From the NCBI GenBank assembly GCA_918797485.1, contig CAKKNE010000005.1:2604001-2668000 (forward strand): a DNA stretch of 64,000 nucleotides, written 5' to 3'. The stretch comes from Pelagomonas calceolata (Eukaryota). How positions within the stretch are numbered: position 1 is the first letter of the stretch; the number at the start of each line of letters is the position of its first letter. Below are positions 8,646 to 19,078 of this stretch, in pieces. The position numbers and the translations under genes were made by a program. Below the pieces are notes generated by a model. That model ran no database searches and was not told the origin of the DNA. It was given only the letters and a program-made list of their open reading frames with translations.

Positions 8646-11600
8646 ATGGCGGCGCCGAGCACCATGCAGCTCCTGGCCCTCCTCGCCACGGCCTGCGCTT
8701 TGCAACCGACCCTCAGGACGACGCCGCAGCGCGCCGGCCGGCGCACCGAGGTCTCGATGCTCGGAGGCTTCCAGATGCCGACCCTCGACTCCTTGTTTAA
8801 GAAGGACGCCAAGACCATCACGTCGCGCGAGCCGGGCTGGCTCAAGGAGGCGCGCGAGGTGAGCGGCTACGCTGATAGGGTCGCGGAGATCGAAGCTTTA
8901 GCTGATACGATGGCTGCTAAATCAGACGAGGAGCTGCGTAGTCTAACGACGACGTTGAGGCAACGCCGCCAAGCAGGCGAGTCGCTCGATGATTTGCTGC
9001 CGGAGGCCTTTGCCGCGTGCCGAGAGGCCTCTACACGAAGCTTAGGACTGCGGCATTATGACGTGCAACTCGTGGGCGGCATGGCCCTCCACGAAGGTAA
9101 ATTGGCGGAGATGGCCACGGGCGAAGGGAAAACACTGGTGGCGACGTGTCCCCTGTACCTCCGATCCCTCGACGAAAAAGGCGCCCACGTGATCACGGTA
9201 AATGACTATCTAGCAAGGAGAGACGCGGAGACCTTGCAGCCTCTATTTGACGCTCTTGGGTTGACGGTCGGCGTCGTCCAGTCTGAAAGTACATCAGACC
9301 AGCGAAGGGCGGCTTATGCGTGTGACGTAACTTACGTTACGAACAACGAGCTGGGCTTCGATTACCTGCGGGACCACCTCGCCTACGAGACGGAAGAACT
9401 CACGTTGACGACGAGGCCTTTGAATTTCGCCATTGTTGATGAGGCCGACTCAATTTTAGTAGATGAGGCGCGGACGCCTTTGATCATCTCGGGCGAGGGC
9501 GACGACGACGCCCCTCAAAAGTACGACGCCGCGACGCTAGCTGCCTCGTACCTCGAGAAAGGCAGAGACTACGAGGTCGATTACAAGGGTCGACGGGTCA
9601 CGTTAACAGACAACGGCTTCGCGACGGCCGCCGACTTGTTAGGTGTCGCGGACGATCCATTAGGATTGTTCGGCACGGACACGAAGTGGGCCGCGTATCT
9701 GTTTCCCGCGCTGAATGCGAAGGAGCTGTATTTCCGGGAACGCGACTACTTAGTGGACCAGGGCGAAGTGAAGATTGTGGACGAGTTCACGGGGAGGGTC
9801 ATGGAAGGTCGAAGGTGGAACGGGGGCTTGCACCAAGCGGTGGAGGCCAAAGAACGAGTCGACGTGAAACCCGAGCAGGTGACCGTCGCGTCCATCACCT
9901 ACCAGTCACTATTCTTATTGTATCCTACGCTGTCGGGCATGACGGGTACCGCCTTCAGTGAAGCGAAGGAGTTATCGGATACGTATAAACTAGATGTGTT
10001 ACGAGTACCCACCGCAAAGCCTCTACTGCGAGCGGATGCAGGAGACTTAGTATTCAAGTCGAAACTGGATAAGTTCCGATACGTTCTGAGAGATATCCGC
10101 GAGAAGAACTCGAGAGGACAGCCCGTGCTATGTGGTACTACCTCTATAGAAGACGCGACACTGATCTCGGAGCTGCTCTCGAACGACGGCGTGCCCCATC
10201 GCGTCCTAAACGCCAATCCTAAATTAGCGAGGAAGGAGTCGGAGATCGTCAGTCAAGCGGGGCGCTTGGGTGCTGTCACGATCGCGACGAATATGGCCGG
10301 GCGAGGCACGGATATCCTGTTAGGCGGCAATGCGGCCTTGACGGCTCGCTTGCGGTTGCGCGAAGCTCTAGCGCCGGCCGTCGACGAGATGCTGGAACCG
10401 TTGGTAAGGGTGGAGCGCTCCTTATATCCTGTCGATGATTTGGGTGCCATCGAGCAGCAGCTGCAAGCCGCTGCCCAGGAGGCAGCTCCAGGATTGAGAC
10501 AAGCGATCTTCGCTGACCAAGACAACGCCACGGAGGTGAAAGCGTCGGCGGCTCTCGACAAGATCGACGAGTTTTGCGCTGTGGCCGTGGCGCCGCCGTC
10601 GGAGCGCACGGAGGGCCAGCCCGGCGTCGATGCGTGTCGCCAAGCCTACAACGCCGTCAAAAGTAAATTCAGCGAGGTCGTCGACGTGGAACGGCAGCAA
10701 GTACGGGAGCAGGGCGGTCTCGCCGTGCTCGGGACCGAGAGACACGAAAGTGTCCGAATCGACAACCAGCTTAGGGGGAGATCCGGTAGGCAAGGCGACG
10801 CCGGCGCTTCCGTGTATGCCATCTCGCTGGAGGACAAGATGTTCAACGTCTTCGGCTCGGACAAGATGGGGCAATTGTCTTTTGCCTTCGAAATTGCGGG
10901 CGACGACGGCGAACCCTTGCAATCAGATATGTTGACCAAATCATTATCGACGATCCAGGAGAAGGTCGAGTCGTACTACCGGGAGATGCGCACGAATTTA
11001 GTCAGGTACGATAGGATTGTGGACGCGCAAAGGCGGATTTTTTATGAACGGCGGCAGGAGGTACTTACGGGAGATAGACAGTTCCTATCCAAATTGTTAG
11101 GACAGTACGCCGCGGACACGGCAAGAGACACTTTGGCCAATGCCACTAGATTACTACCTAAAGATGCCTCAGATGACGAAAAAAATCAAGCCTACGAGTT
11201 CGGCGCCGAGATGCTGCAGCGCATGTATCCCGCGTGCGCGGTAGAAATAGACACGGCGTGTCGCTTAGCTCTGGAGGATTTACCTCCCACACAAGCGCCA
11301 GATATCTTCACCGTCGAGGACTCATTAGTTTCTGGAACACAAAAAGGCTTCGACTTACAAGTAGCATTAGTAGATCAGAAGGGCGAGGGCGAAGATGATC
11401 TACCCGCCATACTCATGCGGTTCTACATTTTGAGGGAATTCGACCAGGCCTGGCAGCAGCATTTGCGGGATTTGGAGTTCCTCCGGGAAAACGTCGGCTT
11501 CCAGTCGTACTCGCAGAAGGACCCCTTCCAGGAGTGGACGATCCAGTCGAACGAACTGTTCACGAAATTATCAGCGAAGGTCTACCGGAACTCGGCCATC

Positions 11601-11828
11601 TCGTGGCTGTCGCTGGACGCGTCGGGCATCGTCGCGCGGCCGGCGGCGCCCGTCGCGCCGGCGTCGCCTGTGGTTTCTGATGATGATGATGTCTCCAACC
11701 CAGTAGCCGCGGCGCAAGCTAGAGGGGCGGCGTCGCTGAACGCCAATGATCAAACTGGAGAGGTCGCGGGCAACAGGGGCGAGCGGCGCGCGAAGAAGAA
11801 GGGCGGCAAGAAGTCGCGCCGCCGCTGA
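8646..11828 (+). CDS. secA: Nucleus-encoded plastid preprotein translocase SecA
   Basis: MATGEGKT, IVDEADSILVDEARTPLIIS, IATNMAGRGTDI, QLRGRSGRQGD; N-terminal signal peptide plus transit-like region. Confidence 0.95.
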   Translation: MAAPSTMQLLALLATACALQPTLRTTPQRAGRRTEVSMLGGFQMPTLDSLFKKDAKTITSREPGWLKEAREVSGYADRVAEIEALADTMAAKSDEELRSLTTTLRQRRQAGESLDDLLPEAFAACREASTRSLGLRHYDVQLVGGMALHEGKLAEMATGEGKTLVATCPLYLRSLDEKGAHVITVNDYLARRDAETLQPLFDALGLTVGVVQSESTSDQRRAAYACDVTYVTNNELGFDYLRDHLAYETEELTLTTRPLNFAIVDEADSILVDEARTPLIISGEGDDDAPQKYDAATLAASYLEKGRDYEVDYKGRRVTLTDNGFATAADLLGVADDPLGLFGTDTKWAAYLFPALNAKELYFRERDYLVDQGEVKIVDEFTGRVMEGRRWNGGLHQAVEAKERVDVKPEQVTVASITYQSLFLLYPTLSGMTGTAFSEAKELSDTYKLDVLRVPTAKPLLRADAGDLVFKSKLDKFRYVLRDIREKNSRGQPVLCGTTSIEDATLISELLSNDGVPHRVLNANPKLARKESEIVSQAGRLGAVTIATNMAGRGTDILLGGNAALTARLRLREALAPAVDEMLEPLVRVERSLYPVDDLGAIEQQLQAAAQEAAPGLRQAIFADQDNATEVKASAALDKIDEFCAVAVAPPSERTEGQPGVDACRQAYNAVKSKFSEVVDVERQQVREQGGLAVLGTERHESVRIDNQLRGRSGRQGDAGASVYAISLEDKMFNVFGSDKMGQLSFAFEIAGDDGEPLQSDMLTKSLSTIQEKVESYYREMRTNLVRYDRIVDAQRRIFYERRQEVLTGDRQFLSKLLGQYAADTARDTLANATRLLPKDASDDEKNQAYEFGAEMLQRMYPACAVEIDTACRLALEDLPPTQAPDIFTVEDSLVSGTQKGFDLQVALVDQKGEGEDDLPAILMRFYILREFDQAWQQHLRDLEFLRENVGFQSYSQKDPFQEWTIQSNELFTKLSAKVYRNSAISWLSLDASGIVARPAAPVAPASPVVSDDDDVSNPVAAAQARGAASLNANDQTGEVAGNRGERRAKKKGGKKSRRR

Positions 11829-11900
11829 GGGGCGTAAGGAGTCGGTCTCGAGGTGTTGCTACTTAGGCCCCTTTCCTGAGCGCGTGTGCGTTCAGGCCCT

Positions 11901-12725
11901 TCAGGCAGCGGTGCAATAGTTGGCCTTGGCGCGCTTCGCCTTCTTCGTCGGCGTCGTCGCCGCGGGCGCGAGCCGCGCCTTCGTGTCGAGGTAGTGCTGG
12001 TAGAAGAGGAGCTTGCGGAGCGGGTGGTTGAGGAGCCAACCGTGGCCCCGGTCCTCTCCATACTGGTCCTCGTAGTCCCTGGCGTCCTCGATGATCGCCG
12101 AGATGTCGCTCTGCATCGTGACGGGCTCGTCTTTCCGGAAGACCCTGCCTTCCGGCCAGTAGGAGTAGGTCACGCCCTCCCCCGACACGAGCTTTCTCAC
12201 CTGGCGGATGACCGAGCGGCGGTTTTGTTCGGAGACCGGGTGCTCGCCGTCCGGCCCCATCCACGCCTCAAAACCGTCCAGGAAGGCGTCCAGGTTGAGG
12301 GTGAATTTTTCGAGGCCCGCGCGCCGTTCGTCGGAGAGGTCGTCGACCACGCCGGACCCTCCAGCGGCGCGAGCTCTGGGAGCGGCGCTTCGGGCGCTCG
12401 TCGTCCGACCCGTCGTACGTCAGGCGCTCGGGTCCGGCCGTCTCGCCCGCGAGGCGCGCCGAGCGGCGGCGCTTGGACTCGGGCACGTACTTCTTGGGCG
12501 CGCGCGGCCTCGGCGGCGCTTTCTTCTTGATCTCCTTCAATGGGCCGCTGCCGTAGGGGTTGAAGCCGTGTGCTATCATCCATTCCTCATTGCGCTTGAT
12601 GCGCGCGTCGCGCTCGAGCTCGTAGCCTCGTACTGGCTCTTCTTGGCGGGCGCCCATGGCTTGGCGCGCACCATGGGCTTCTTGGCGGGCGCCTTGGCGG
12701 AGGAGGATTTCTTGGTGGGGGCCAT
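11901..12725 (-). pseudogene. Frameshifted gene: Lys/Ala-rich N-terminus, YELERDARIKRNEE motif, and a coding-like C-terminal domain (...GEDRGHGWLLNHPLRKL)
   Basis: Coding-like sequence split over two frames; 8-bp insertion duplicating TACGAG at 12619-12632 and a second shift near 12385. Confidence 0.55.
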
Positions 12726-13415
12726 GGTTGCGATGGCCTGCGGTGAGCGTGGGGGTTATCCTGTAGCGGTGAGACGTCGCGGGTTCCCGCCCTGTATATG
12801 ATTTGAATTTGTGGGCAGGAAATCGCCGCCGGCGTAATGCGGCGCGACCGTCTGGGTGTCTTGATGTCCTTGCGGCGCGTCGTGGCTGCAGCGGGTCTGG
12901 CGCTCCGCATAGAGAGCACTGTTTCTCGCTGAGGCTGCCCCAGCGCGCACACATGGCCGTTGCCCGCCCGGTTTTCGACGGCGCGGGCGAGCATGGGCTG
13001 CGAACGTGCTATCGTTTTTTTCTCGCGCGGATTGGTGCGGTATTCAAGAAGATTGGGGCGTGTAAGGGACCAGCCTCTGAGCGCGCCTTTGCGAGAGCCC
13101 AGCTTTTTTGAAATTTTGGAAACATAGCCATCGGTGCAGCGAGCAGACTTAGACTACAGCTCAGCAACCTTGGCACGGCATGCGCGCACTGCTAGTGCTA
13201 GTATCTGTCTTACTAGCTACCTCGGCCTTCGGTGTCTGAACAGACACGCGCTCTCGCAGTGTTGCAAAAAAGTGCAGCCCGCGTCCGCCGCATCATTCCT
13301 TGAGTCACGGGCGCACGGACCAGCAGCAGCGGCGCGCGATATAACCGGTGCACACTGCACAAAGAGTGGGGTCGCATCTAGGAAGAAAGCACCACACAGG
13401 CCGACGGACCGCACC

Positions 13416-14042
13416 ATGTTCTCCAAGTCCCTCATCCTCGCCCTCTCGCTCGCCGGCGCGACGGCATACACAAAAAAGGACCGCGAGGACGCCATCAAGT
13501 GGATCACGGAAGAAAAGGGGTTCCCGCACCTCGCGGCCTTCGACAAGATGACGCCGAAGATGCTCAAGACCGTCATGACGAACTACCTCAATCTCGTGTC
13601 GCCGGATGCGTTGGAGTTTTTGACGCCCCTCGACTTGGAGGTCATCTGGACGGCGACGAGCGCCGCGAACAACTGCGAGATCTGCCTGTCGTTCCACGCC
13701 GGAGCCCTGCTCGGCGCCGAGAAGCCGGCCGACGAGGTCGCGACCATGGCCGCCGGCGGCGTGCCCAAGGACCCGAAGATGGCGCGCCTCGTCATCGCCG
13801 CGAAGTACGTGCTCGCGCACAAGGGCATCCTCTTGGAGCGCGAGAAATTGCACCTCTCTTCCATGGGCTTCTCGGCCGAGGAGCTCGTCGAAGTCACCTT
13901 CGCCGTCGGCCAGATGACTGGCTTGAACTTATTGTACGTCCACCTCATCGCCGAAGGTGTGAATATAGAGACCTTCCTCAAGGGCGCGGGCCCGTTCAAG
14001 GACACGGTCTACGCGGACGAGCTCAAGAAGGCCGAGCTCTGA
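13416..14042 (+). CDS. AhpD/carboxymuconolactone-decarboxylase-like protein with signal peptide and KAEL C-terminus
   Basis: SAANNCEICLSFH (CxxC...H) motif; signal MFSKSLILALSLAGATA. Confidence 0.75.
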   Translation: MFSKSLILALSLAGATAYTKKDREDAIKWITEEKGFPHLAAFDKMTPKMLKTVMTNYLNLVSPDALEFLTPLDLEVIWTATSAANNCEICLSFHAGALLGAEKPADEVATMAAGGVPKDPKMARLVIAAKYVLAHKGILLEREKLHLSSMGFSAEELVEVTFAVGQMTGLNLLYVHLIAEGVNIETFLKGAGPFKDTVYADELKKAEL

Positions 14043-14205
14043 GCACCACCATTCCTTTTTCTGTGTGTTGCTGCTATCATCGCCACCTCCCTCCCCCAAG
14101 TTCTAAACATGACCACAATACGGCCCGGGCCACCGTGACGCGGGGAGGCAACTGGGGAGGCGTCGGCTAGGTGGCCTAGCCCGAAGCAAAGCAAAGTTCA
14201 CAATC

Positions 14206-15654
14206 CTATTCGTAGCTACCCCGCCGGCTACTACGGCTCGCGCTCCGCATCGTCAGCGGCGACGGCGTCCCCTTGGACGACGTAGACGTCCGCCGTTTGG
14301 TGGGTGACCCGGACGCGACGGACATGCACTCCATCGCCGACAGCGACGCGGCCAACAGTTCGTCGCGCGCCTGGAATCGCATGGACTTGACGGACGACCG
14401 CTCAACTCTGGACGACGGCCGGCCCTTGAGGCGGCTCCGCCTCGCTTTTTTGAGCTCCGCCTTTAATTTCGCAATCTCTTTGTCGGCGGCGATCTTCTCA
14501 TACGGTATGCCGTGCTGCGTCACTCGTTGAAATTCATCCAAACGTCGTCGATACGACGCCTCCAACCGCTCACAGTGCCGCTGCTCCCGGTCGAGCCACG
14601 CGCCGTTCATCTTATGCAAAAACTCGCGAATACAATCAAAAGGCACGTGCGGTATTTTGTCCTGGTGGAACTCGATCGCATTCTTCAGAGCTTCCGTTGG
14701 GGCCCACAACGCCGGTTCTTCTTTGGCATTCAACAAAACTTCCGGAGAGTGCGTCGTCTGCGCCTCTAACTCGGCGAAGGCGGCCCAGTCCTCGGTCGTC
14801 GGTTGAGGGGCTAAATCAGCAGCATCGTCGAAGGGCGCCGAGGCCTCGGGGCCGACGTAGCTCATACCGCGCTCCGTGTCCCAGTCTCCGCCGCCGTCGC
14901 GCCACAACGCCCCGAACCGCCGGTACTCCTCCGTCGACGCTAACAACTTCACCAACCGCCGCACGTCGACCGCCAATGACTTGGTCTCCGCGGCGGACCG
15001 GTGGTGGCGCCAGGCGCGGTCGCGCGCGTCCGACGCCGCATCTTCTGCAGCAATAGCGCGCGCCTCCGCGTCTTGGAGCTTTGCTGATAAGGACTCGATG
15101 GTTTCTTCAGAAGAAGCTTGGTCCCGTTCCGACACGCGCAGAGCCTCGGCCGCCAAGTCTCTTTCCCTACCCACATGAGATAATCGAGCCGCTGTGTCCT
15201 GCTGCTTTTGCGCAGAACGCGCCGCCTCGTCCAACGCGCGCCGCGTCTGGGCCTCGGCGTCCTTCTTGAGCCGCTCGGCCTCCCTTAGTTGTGAGTGTGC
15301 TGTCGCGAGGTCCGCGATGGTCCTCGCGCAGTCGGCTCTCGCTTTCTCAAGTGCACCCTTCGTGATGTCCAGAGCTTCCCGATCTTCTCTGCAGCGCCTC
15401 GCTTGGTCCTGGGCCTCGGCCCTCAGGTTCGCATTGGTCTCCTCCGTGGCTTCCGTCAATGCCCGCAAGCCGTGGAAGGACTCGACCTTGGCTCTCAGTT
15501 CTTCATTGGCTCGCTTGAGGTCGGCCTCGCGCTTCCGCGACGCCGCGAGGGCCTCCTTGGCCTCCTTCAGCTGGAAGCGGCCCGGGGGTGCGGGCGGCGG
15601 CGGCGCGGCTGCCCCTTCCGACGCTGTTGAGGTGGAGCGCTCGCGCGTCGACAT
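14206..15654 (-). CDS. Coiled-coil hypothetical protein
   Basis: 482 aa ORF with heptad, E/A/R-rich composition. Confidence 0.7.
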   Translation of the reverse strand: MSTRERSTSTASEGAAAPPPPAPPGRFQLKEAKEALAASRKREADLKRANEELRAKVESFHGLRALTEATEETNANLRAEAQDQARRCREDREALDITKGALEKARADCARTIADLATAHSQLREAERLKKDAEAQTRRALDEAARSAQKQQDTAARLSHVGRERDLAAEALRVSERDQASSEETIESLSAKLQDAEARAIAAEDAASDARDRAWRHHRSAAETKSLAVDVRRLVKLLASTEEYRRFGALWRDGGGDWDTERGMSYVGPEASAPFDDAADLAPQPTTEDWAAFAELEAQTTHSPEVLLNAKEEPALWAPTEALKNAIEFHQDKIPHVPFDCIREFLHKMNGAWLDREQRHCERLEASYRRRLDEFQRVTQHGIPYEKIAADKEIAKLKAELKKARRSRLKGRPSSRVERSSVKSMRFQARDELLAASLSAMECMSVASGSPTKRRTSTSSKGTPSPLTMRSASRSSRRGSYE

Positions 15655-16037
15655 GGTGGCTGGCTGTGGGGAGTGCGGCTGCCCTAGCGTCCACCTGCGA
15701 GCACAAGCTCTCGCTCGCCTTGGCGGCGTCTACTGGGTGCGGTGTGGGTCCGAGGGCAGCCCGGTGGGGCGCTGGTCGACGCTGCGCGCGATGCAATGGG
15801 GCGCTCCAGAGATGGCGCTCCGGGAGATGCTGCGAGAAACGACGCGTCCACCCGGTCCCGGGACGCCTCACAAGAACTGAGACGACATCAAAGAGCAATA
15901 ACGCCGCGCGTCAACATGCGCACCCCGCACACGAGGAGCTTGTTGTGCCACATCGTAAATTCGAGCGCCCGCCGAGCGCATCAAAGAGGATCCGCAGACC
16001 GGGCTGCCGCTGCCGGCGAGGCGACGGCTCGGTGACC

Positions 16038-16770
16038 ATGCTCTCCCGCTTCGCCACCATGGCCGAGGTACGTCTCTACACACCCCCATGTCAACACTCA
16101 ACATCAAATGGCACAGGTGACGGTCTCCAAAATCTTCCCCGCCGGCGCGGGCTGGCAGGCGGCCTCCATCGTGGCCGACGCGGCGGGCCACCAGGCGGAT
16201 TCGTTGGCGTTCGCGGCGTACACGGGCGTCGGCGACGGCATCGCCGTCGCGGCGGGCCACACGAGTTATTATGCGGCGAAGAAGGCCATCGTCGACCCGA
16301 ACATCAATATAGGCGAGCAGGCCGGGCTCGGTGTGTGGCTCGGGTCCGCCGCGGTCTGCTCGGGCGCGCTGTGGCAGCCGCTGGTCAACGCGCTGCAGGC
16401 CTCGGAGAAGCTCCCCTTCAACGCCGTCATGGGCGCGACGATGGTCGGGTGTGGAGGCGCCTTCCTGACGGGCCTGCGGGTGGGCCGCTTCGTCTTCCCC
16501 TGGATGCCGGGCTGCGACAACGGCAACTTCAGCACGGACGCCTACTTGTCGATGGCCATCGGCGGGGCCTCGGGCTTCTTTGTGGGGACGGACGTCGCCT
16601 ACCTGGGCGGCGACGGCAACTTCCTGCGACCCTTGGTGGGTGTCGAGGACTTCGACTCGGACGTCCTCGGCATCGTCAAGGCCGGCTCGTCGACGGGCCT
16701 CGGCTTCTGCGCCTTCCAGTCCGTCCAGAACGTGACCTTCGCGCAGGGCTCGGCCTGGATCGACCCCTGA
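16038..16770 (+). CDS. Multi-pass membrane protein of unknown function; two exons 16038-16067 and 16117-16770
   Basis: GT-AG intron 16068-16116 (49 nt) joins MLSRFATMAE to VTVSKIFPAG in frame; Gly-rich hydrophobic helices; strong GC3 bias. Confidence 0.7.
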
Positions 16771-16888
16771 TTCGGAGACGCCTCCTGTACATACCTTAGT
16801 CTCCCGTGCATAGCCAACGCCGACTCCAACGCCAGGCCCCACGCCTCCTGTTAGTAGTAACTGCACACATCGCTTGATTATATCACTA

Positions 16889-18703
16889 CTAGGCGCCGTC
16901 CTCGGAGTCGCTGTCCGTCGAGAAGTCGAAGGGCACGTCGTCCTCGGAGTCGCTGCTCGACGAGTCCGACGAGTCGTCCGAGAACTGGGGCGCGCCCCAC
17001 ATGGCCTCGTAGGCCGCCGGCTCCGCCGGTTCAGACCGCGCCGGCCGCGCGGCCGGCCGCCGCGAGTGGAAGCGCGCCTCGTCGAGCGCGGCTTGCAGTT
17101 CTGCTTCGTTGCGTCTCATGCGTTCCAAGTCAGATGGCGTGGGCGGCGGCCGCGCCGGCGCTGGGCGCGGCGGCGGCGCCGCGGGCCGCATCGCCTCCTC
17201 CTCTTCTTCAGGTAGGGGGTTTATCTCGAGGCGGTAGTACACGAAGGCGCCGACCGCCAACAAAAGAAGCAACGACCACTTCATGAACTTGTACAGTAGG
17301 TGGTCGATAAATTTGAGCACCTTGCGAAGGTGCTTCCGCCTCCGGTGCTGCTTCCTCGCACTCCTACGAGAAGCTCTCCTCTCGTAGGAGAACCCGAGCA
17401 GCGCGTCGGCCTCATGATCATAATGGCGTCTCGTCAATTGCACGGCGGACCGGGGCATGTCCGAGAGATACTTTCGCTCCAAATACCAGGCCTTTCTAGA
17501 AAAATGCCCCTGCTGGGCGTACCTCGCCCGACGCGCGGCGCCGTGGCCGGCGTCGGCCTGGACATGCGACCGCATGTGCGAATGAGAAGTAGCGTTCTCC
17601 TCGGCGTGGATCCAGCGCTTTTCGGTCAACGTATTTAATATAGCGTCCGACGTAATATGGTGCGTGTCCAGTAAATGCCCGCCTCTCCTCCGATGCAAGC
17701 CGTGGGCCCTTGCTATATTATCGACGAACGCCTCGGGATCTCTCAAAACGTCCTCGTAGGCCACGGCATCCAAGCCGCCGCCGTCCATCTTCAGGGACCT
17801 CTGGAGTCGGAAGGCGTCCCTGTGGGATTTCGCGCGCCGCTCCAATAAAGTGTCGATGTCGTCCTCTGAGAGACGACGACCTGCCATGGGCTTGTAGTGC
17901 GGGTGCGGCCGTAATATGGACGAGGCGACCCAGGCCTCCGGGGCTTTTGCTACCAGCACAACAAGTGTGGTTTTGGCCGCGGCGCTGCCCGGTTTTAGGG
18001 TTTCTCTCATTAAATAGGCGGGGTCGTTCCGCGGGATATCATTTGATGAAGAGATGCCGGCCGCCTCCCGCAACAGCATCATCGCGGGCTCGTTGTGGTG
18101 GTCGTTGTCATGCGTGTCCAAGGGGGCGATCTCGAGGTTATCCAGCAGCAGCTGTCTTATGTAAGTCGCGCCGGACTTCTCCAAGCCACAGACCATGAGT
18201 AACGTGGGCATGGCCTCCGTCTCCCTATCTCTCCGCACTCTCTCCAAGTCATGTGCTGACAAGTGGACGCCAAACTCGTCGTAGGCCTGGTCGTCCAAGT
18301 GGTCCTCCCTCGTGAAGTGGAGGTACGTCGACATGACGATATGTGCCGTCAGTACTATGGAGAAGATCTTGAACAATAATCTAGGACCGGACATGTCCGC
18401 GAGACTTTGTGAAGCTTTCCCTACTCTCTCGTTGATGGACGGCGGCGGCGGCACGGACAGTCTCTTCATCAACTCGTCGTTCGAGACGCTCTTTCTATCA
18501 TTTTCATTCAACTTGCGCGGGGGCGCCTGGTTTATGGGCCTTGTGGACTCGAAGACGGACGGTTTTTCGTTGCTGAGCGCCCTTGCTAGAACCTTGCCGT
18601 CCTCACCAAAGGCGTCCGTGAGGCGCTTCTCGCGTGCCGATGCGATTTGTTGTTTGGCCTGGTGCGCTCTGCGGCGGCGGCGCGTCAAGCCGTAGCCCAC
18701 CAT
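16889..18703 (-). CDS. Membrane-anchored sulfotransferase-like (P-loop) protein
   Basis: GLEKSGATYIRQLL (5'-PSB-like), K.PEAWVAS, VAYEDVLRDP; two TM segments. Confidence 0.6.
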   Translation of the reverse strand: MVGYGLTRRRRRAHQAKQQIASAREKRLTDAFGEDGKVLARALSNEKPSVFESTRPINQAPPRKLNENDRKSVSNDELMKRLSVPPPPSINERVGKASQSLADMSGPRLLFKIFSIVLTAHIVMSTYLHFTREDHLDDQAYDEFGVHLSAHDLERVRRDRETEAMPTLLMVCGLEKSGATYIRQLLLDNLEIAPLDTHDNDHHNEPAMMLLREAAGISSSNDIPRNDPAYLMRETLKPGSAAAKTTLVVLVAKAPEAWVASSILRPHPHYKPMAGRRLSEDDIDTLLERRAKSHRDAFRLQRSLKMDGGGLDAVAYEDVLRDPEAFVDNIARAHGLHRRRGGHLLDTHHITSDAILNTLTEKRWIHAEENATSHSHMRSHVQADAGHGAARRARYAQQGHFSRKAWYLERKYLSDMPRSAVQLTRRHYDHEADALLGFSYERRASRRSARKQHRRRKHLRKVLKFIDHLLYKFMKWSLLLLLAVGAFVYYRLEINPLPEEEEEAMRPAAPPPRPAPARPPPTPSDLERMRRNEAELQAALDEARFHSRRPAARPARSEPAEPAAYEAMWGAPQFSDDSSDSSSSDSEDDVPFDFSTDSDSEDGA

Positions 18704-18847
18704 GTTTTACTGGGGCAGCCTATAGATCACTTTTACCGCATCACAGTGGTCCTGGGTGCCGCTGGCAGCTTCGTGCTGTGGCCGGCCAGTCGCTAGAGTC
18801 AATGCCAGGCCCGTGGCCAGCCAAAACGGATCTCAAAGCGCGCGGCG

Positions 18848-18870
18848 CTAGTGTGTTACTGGACGCTAGC
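18848..18870. promoter_or_regulatory. CTAG-bounded intergenic motif
   Basis: CTAGTGTGTTACTGGACGCTAGC. Confidence 0.7.
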
Positions 18871-19078
18871 TGCCTTGCCCGCGGCTTTGCTCATTTTGCA
18901 GCGTTGCGAGGAGACGCAACAATATAACTCGCTCGCATCGCTGCTCCAAAGTGCTATCCAACCAAATTTCGTCGAGGCGCGTGAAATTGCTGATAGCAAG
19001 AAGAGGTCCTGTCTACGGCTGTAGCCGCACCACCCTGTACCTCGCCGCCGCCGGCGCACGTGCGCAGCGATCGCACGT

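Noticed and set aside
16778..16851. 11-bp direct repeat ACGCCTCCTGT in a 3' intergenic region
   Set aside because: No TIRs or other element structure between the copies
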